Part shown: piece by piece, positions 59,843 through 64,000 of the stretch
Numbering within the stretch: the first letter of the stretch is position 1
Layout of the letters: each line of letters begins with the position of its first letter
Assembly (NCBI GenBank): GCA_951406725.2
Contig: OX597818.1
Location: 1,488,001 to 1,552,000 of the forward strand
Reading direction: 5' to 3'
Length of the DNA: 64,000 bases
Source of the DNA: Octopus vulgaris
Lineage: Eukaryota
Translations under genes and position numbers: made by a program
Notes under the pieces: generated by a model
What the model was told of the DNA's origin: nothing
Database searches by the model: none
What the model saw: the letters and a program-made list of their open reading frames with translations, nothing else

Positions 59843-62327
59843 ATAGGAGTGGCTGTGTGGTAAGTATCTTGCTTACTATTAAGTTGTTGACGCGTTTTTT
59901 TACGCTGGGAAAGTAACGTTGAAAAATTGAACATTTGAAGTACGACCACAGGTAAGGCATTTGTTTTTTGGGAGCTCAGTGAGGCTGGTGTCCGTATTGT
60001 TTATTATTTTTTCGAACAAGGGTCTCCACTAGTTCCATACATTTGTTTGCCTGTGGTCGTACAAAAAGACCCACTTTTTAGTGAGAATTGTGTGTGTTTT
60101 CGGGAGGAGTCACCCTCCGAAAATTTATGATTTTATGTGACTGTGTGCACTTCGTGGATTTTACCATTTGGAGTACAACCAGAATCAGAGGAATTTTTCG
60201 CTACTATTTTTTTGTGCTGCAAGGGATTTTTAACTGTGCTACAAAGGAGTACTAGAGTTGAATTTTGTTGCTATTTGAACTGTCTTTCTTTTTTTCTTGT
60301 CTATTATTCTGCTCTTTTTTGTGTTAGCATTAGAGACTTTTATTTGAACATTTTGATTTTGTTGTGGGATTTTATATTTTAGTTTATTTTATTAATGGCA
60401 ACAAAATGTAAGAAAGCCTTGGAGTGGCGAATTGTGGCCCCCAAGGAGTGGCTAAAAACTATGATGAGAGAATGGTGGTGTTGCAGACCCACTGCAAGGT
60501 CCGCGATACCATCTGTGTATTCTCTCAGGCTAAAATTGAAAAAAAGTTGGAGGGGCATGCGCCAACTTATAGGTTCTTTCGTAGGGGTGAAAAGTACGCA
60601 ACGGTGTGCGTGCTTTTAGACACCTCAACGGAGGCTCAGAAATTTGCGAGCCAACCTATAGATGGGAGGAAGATGTTGTTTCTCTCCACTTATGGTAGGC
60701 GTAAATTGACAAGAGACTGGGTGTGTAGGCTGCTGGCCGGTATAGAGACTGAATGGATAGAAGATTCTATCTGTCGAGGCCTGGGTGGTGGCCCTACCAG
60801 GTTCTTGAATGTAAAAGTACTGCCTGCGGTCGATTGGGTCGGGTCAAAAGTAATTTTGACCCTATGGACCTAATCGGCCGAAGATCTAGTTTTACTAGAT
60901 TTCTTGACAATGGCCGGTTCCAGGCACCCGGTGATCATTGAGGGATGCCCCCCCCCAAAGTGTCACCTGTGTCTGGAATCAGGGCACATGAAGAAGAACT
61001 GTTGCTGGGACCAGGCTAAGGTCCTGGAACAGTTGATTGATGATGACTGTAATCCCTGTTCCCCCAACGAAGCCTCATTGGAGGGAGAGAGGGAGAAAAT
61101 CGAGAAGGAGGTAACCTCCTCGTGAAAAGGTACTAAGAAGGTGAGCAACAATGGTTGCCCACCGATGGATCCTAAGATGGTAGGAGGGGAGTAGGGAGCT
61201 CCGGACATGTCAGAGGAACTCCACCCTCCCGTCGGAAAGGGGAAAAAGAAGAAAAGAAAAACGGGGCATTGCCGGCGACGGCATGTCCCGAAACCCCTTC
61301 GGTGGGATATGTACCACCGGAGGGGGAGAAGAAGGAAACCTTGTCGGTGGGATGTGTGCCACCGAGCGAGGTAGTTGAGGTCCCTCTCAATGAAAGTGAT
61401 GAAGAATTCGTATTCCTCTATCGCAGGGGAGGGGCGATTGAGGAGAATAATCTTGATAGTCGGGTTCTGATGGACCCGATTTTTATTGACAGTCCAGTGT
61501 GGCCTTCGCAAGTGGCTGCACTGGTACTGTAAAGAAAAGATTTTTTGCACAGGTCAAGATCCTTCCCAAAGGAGTAATACAGATTACTTTTTTTTGGCTC
61601 CTATTGGTGGTTGCAGGAATACCTGCAGGCCACAAAAAAGTTAATTGGGGAGTAATGTATGAGATTTATCACCTACATATGTATGCGTATAAATTTTGCT
61701 TCCTTTGTGATGGACTTATAGTCCAACGTTTTGTATTTATTTGTAAGAGGTTTAATACCTCTATATATGTTGTTTTTAACGAACAATGTTTTAGAGAAGC
61801 AGAGGGTCGGCGGGCGCTTTCTGTCTTCTCCCATCTTTATCATCTTGTATTATTATCATCCAGCCCGCAAAGCTACATATCTGTGTACTGCCTTTATGGC
61901 AAATGATATAAAATAAAGTAGCTTGCTTACCAACCACATGATTCCGGGTTCAGTCCCACTGTGTGGCACCTTGGGCAAATGTCTTCTACTATAGCTTTGG
62001 GCCAACCAAAGCCTTGTGAGTGGATTTGGTAGACGGAAACTGAAAGAAGCCCGTCGTATGTATGTATGTATGTATGTATGTATGTATGTGTGTGTATACG
62101 CGTGTGTGTCTGTGTTTGCCCTCCCAACATCGCTTGACAACCGATGCTAGTGTGTTACGTCCCCGTAACTTAGCGGTTCGGCCAAAGAGGCTGATAGAAT
62201 AAGTACTAGGCTTACAAAGAATAAATCCTGGGGTTGATTTGCTCGACTAAAGGATGTGCTCCAGCATGACCACAGTTAAATGACTGAAACAAGTTAAAGA
62301 GTAAAAGAGTAAAAGGAGTAAAGAGTA
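59843..62327 (+). mobile_element. CORE-type SINE split by an insertion (head 59843-59876, body 61916-62327)
   Basis: The joined halves reconstitute the SINE seen at 43196-43616. Confidence 0.88.
59877..61915 (+). mobile_element. ORF1-only (HAL1-like) non-autonomous retroelement with 15-bp TSD
   Basis: TSD AAGTATCTTGCTTAC (59862-59876) / AAGTAGCTTGCTTAC (61916-61930); disrupted ORF at ~60395-61530 with zinc knuckle CHLCLESGHMKKNC; no EN or RT; A-rich end. Confidence 0.75.
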
Positions 62328-62333
62328 TATATA

Positions 62334-64000
62334 TCATTTCTTTATTGGCCACACGGGGCTAAACACAGAGGGGACAATTACAATGTAGAGTTTTTCGAGG
62401 GGCGCGAAAAAAGAAAAAAAATAGGCACAACGATCAAAATGGATCGATATCGTTTGGAATATATGCAAAAAATGTCGAGATAGTACAAAAAGTTCCCAAG
62501 AAATGGGAAGGTTTATCTGTGGAAAGAAAACCTACGAAAAGACCACAGTAACCTCGGCCAATTACGTCACATATTAACATTTATCTACAAATAGGTAACT
62601 CTCTGTATTAAATTTTTTTACGGTTCATAGGATCATGCTCAAGGTGGCTTCGTCATTCATTCGTGCCATCCTTGCTACATTTACCCATCATCTTTTGAAA
62701 CAGTCGCTAGACAAAACTTCCCTCTCTACTCTCTCCTTCCTTTTCAAGTGATACTTGAAAAAGTTGATGAGAGATTGACCAGAGAGGAAAGTGTTTGTCT
62801 CTAATCCTTTTTCGCGCGTCCACCATAGCTACAAGTATTATAAAAATAGCTCTTCCTTCCCGTTTGAGGGAAGGAGGCATGACGATATTGATGATAGACT
62901 CGGCTGATAAACCGACTCGTCCCACACGTGACAGCAGTCGTTCAACATAAGCCCACAGGTCGGAAATGGTTGGACAGTGCACGAGTGCGTGCAGAACGGT
63001 TTCGTCGCTCTGACCGCTTCTCAGGCAGGTCGGCCCCGTGTTTCTCGAACCATGTCTATAGAGCTTATCCAGAACGGGTAGCGGTTCTCAATAGCTCTAC
63101 CAGGCCAGGAATCTCTGGAAATTGTCCATAGGTCCCGGCCCGAAAGTTGTCTTGAACAGGCGGGTCAGGTATTCCTCGTCGACGCCCAGGTTCGCCCCGA
63201 GATCGTCGTCGTACCTCCCCTCCACTAATCCCCTATAAAATGCTTTCGTGGTGATGCAGTCGCTGAAGTTCGACCCAGGACGGCAAAGTTGCTGGAGAGC
63301 AACGCGACACTCGCGGTGCCATTCGCCCTTCCTCGGCCTCTTTTTGATCCACGATTGCAGCTCGGTCATGGACACGAGTTGCGGGAAAGCGCGCCGCACA
63401 AACGGCGACCACACCTGCTCACCGTCGTCTATGCAGAGCCAGAGATGTCGCAGTCTCAGCGTGTGTCTGCGCATCATCAACCACGGCATGCTGGCCCTCC
63501 TTTCAGCGGGTGTTGACAGCAAACGGATCGCCTGACCATCGGAACGTTTCCTTTCCACAAGAAGCGGAAGAGGATGCGTTCTAGTTCGGTGACGGTGGGG
63601 TCGGGACAAGGCACGACGGTCAGGCGGTAGTTGATGACGGACGCGATATACGCGTTCACCACTTCCGCCCGACCTTTTAGGGACAGTTTCCTCTCGGCCC
63701 ATTGCCTGCAGAGAGTGACCACCCTACTCGTTATCTCGTCCCAGTTCTTCTCCGTTTGCAGGTCTGGACCGAACCAGACTCCGAGCAATTTGACCGGCCC
63801 ATCCTTCCAGCGTCCCACTTCTGAGGCGCTGGTGGAGGGCATGGGCTTACTTCTCCAGGTGCCCAGCCGCAAGCCCACCGACTTTTCTCGGTTGATTTTT
63901 GCTCTCGTCACCGCTCCGTAGACTTGCAGTGTCTCGCCCACTAGTTCGATGTGCTCGTGGCTAGACACTATGACGGGGACGTCGTCCGCGTATGCAGACA
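62334..64000 (-). mobile_element. Tx1/L1-clade LINE ORF2 3' part (continues beyond the window)
   Basis: SAYADDV, VKLLGVWF, WAERKLSLKGRAEVVN, ILFRFLWKG, C-terminal ET..HA..HC; 3' end GGCCAATAAAGAAAT. Confidence 0.92.

Overview
This is AT-rich, repeat-dense eukaryotic DNA, probably from an octopus; that assignment is inferred from recognisable SINE and MITE families and was not checked. No host protein-coding gene, tRNA, rRNA or CRISPR array can be supported. The window is a nest of mobile elements built on microsatellites. (1) About 15 copies of R4/Dong-clade RLE non-LTR retrotransposons from at least 3-5 families sit in (TAA)n tracts in a fixed orientation. They include one near-intact 4-kb copy (31770-35808) and two tandem arrays (1-9.8 kb, 48.7-54.4 kb). 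(2) Penelope-like remnants lie next to (TA)n tracts, with inverted terminal repeats and several minimal hammerhead-ribozyme folds. (3) There are CR1 and Tx1/L1 LINEs, plus a 2-kb ORF1-only (HAL1-like) element with a 15-bp TSD inside a SINE head. (4) Mariner, Chapaev3, Helentron/HINE and MITE remnants and tRNA-derived SINEs are also present. The most notable observations are a 560-bp non-coding TAA-targeted element, SINE tails acting as Dong landing pads, the hammerheads, a 213-bp locally templated insertion, and several fold-back palindromes. Most short ORFs in the track are microsatellite artefacts.
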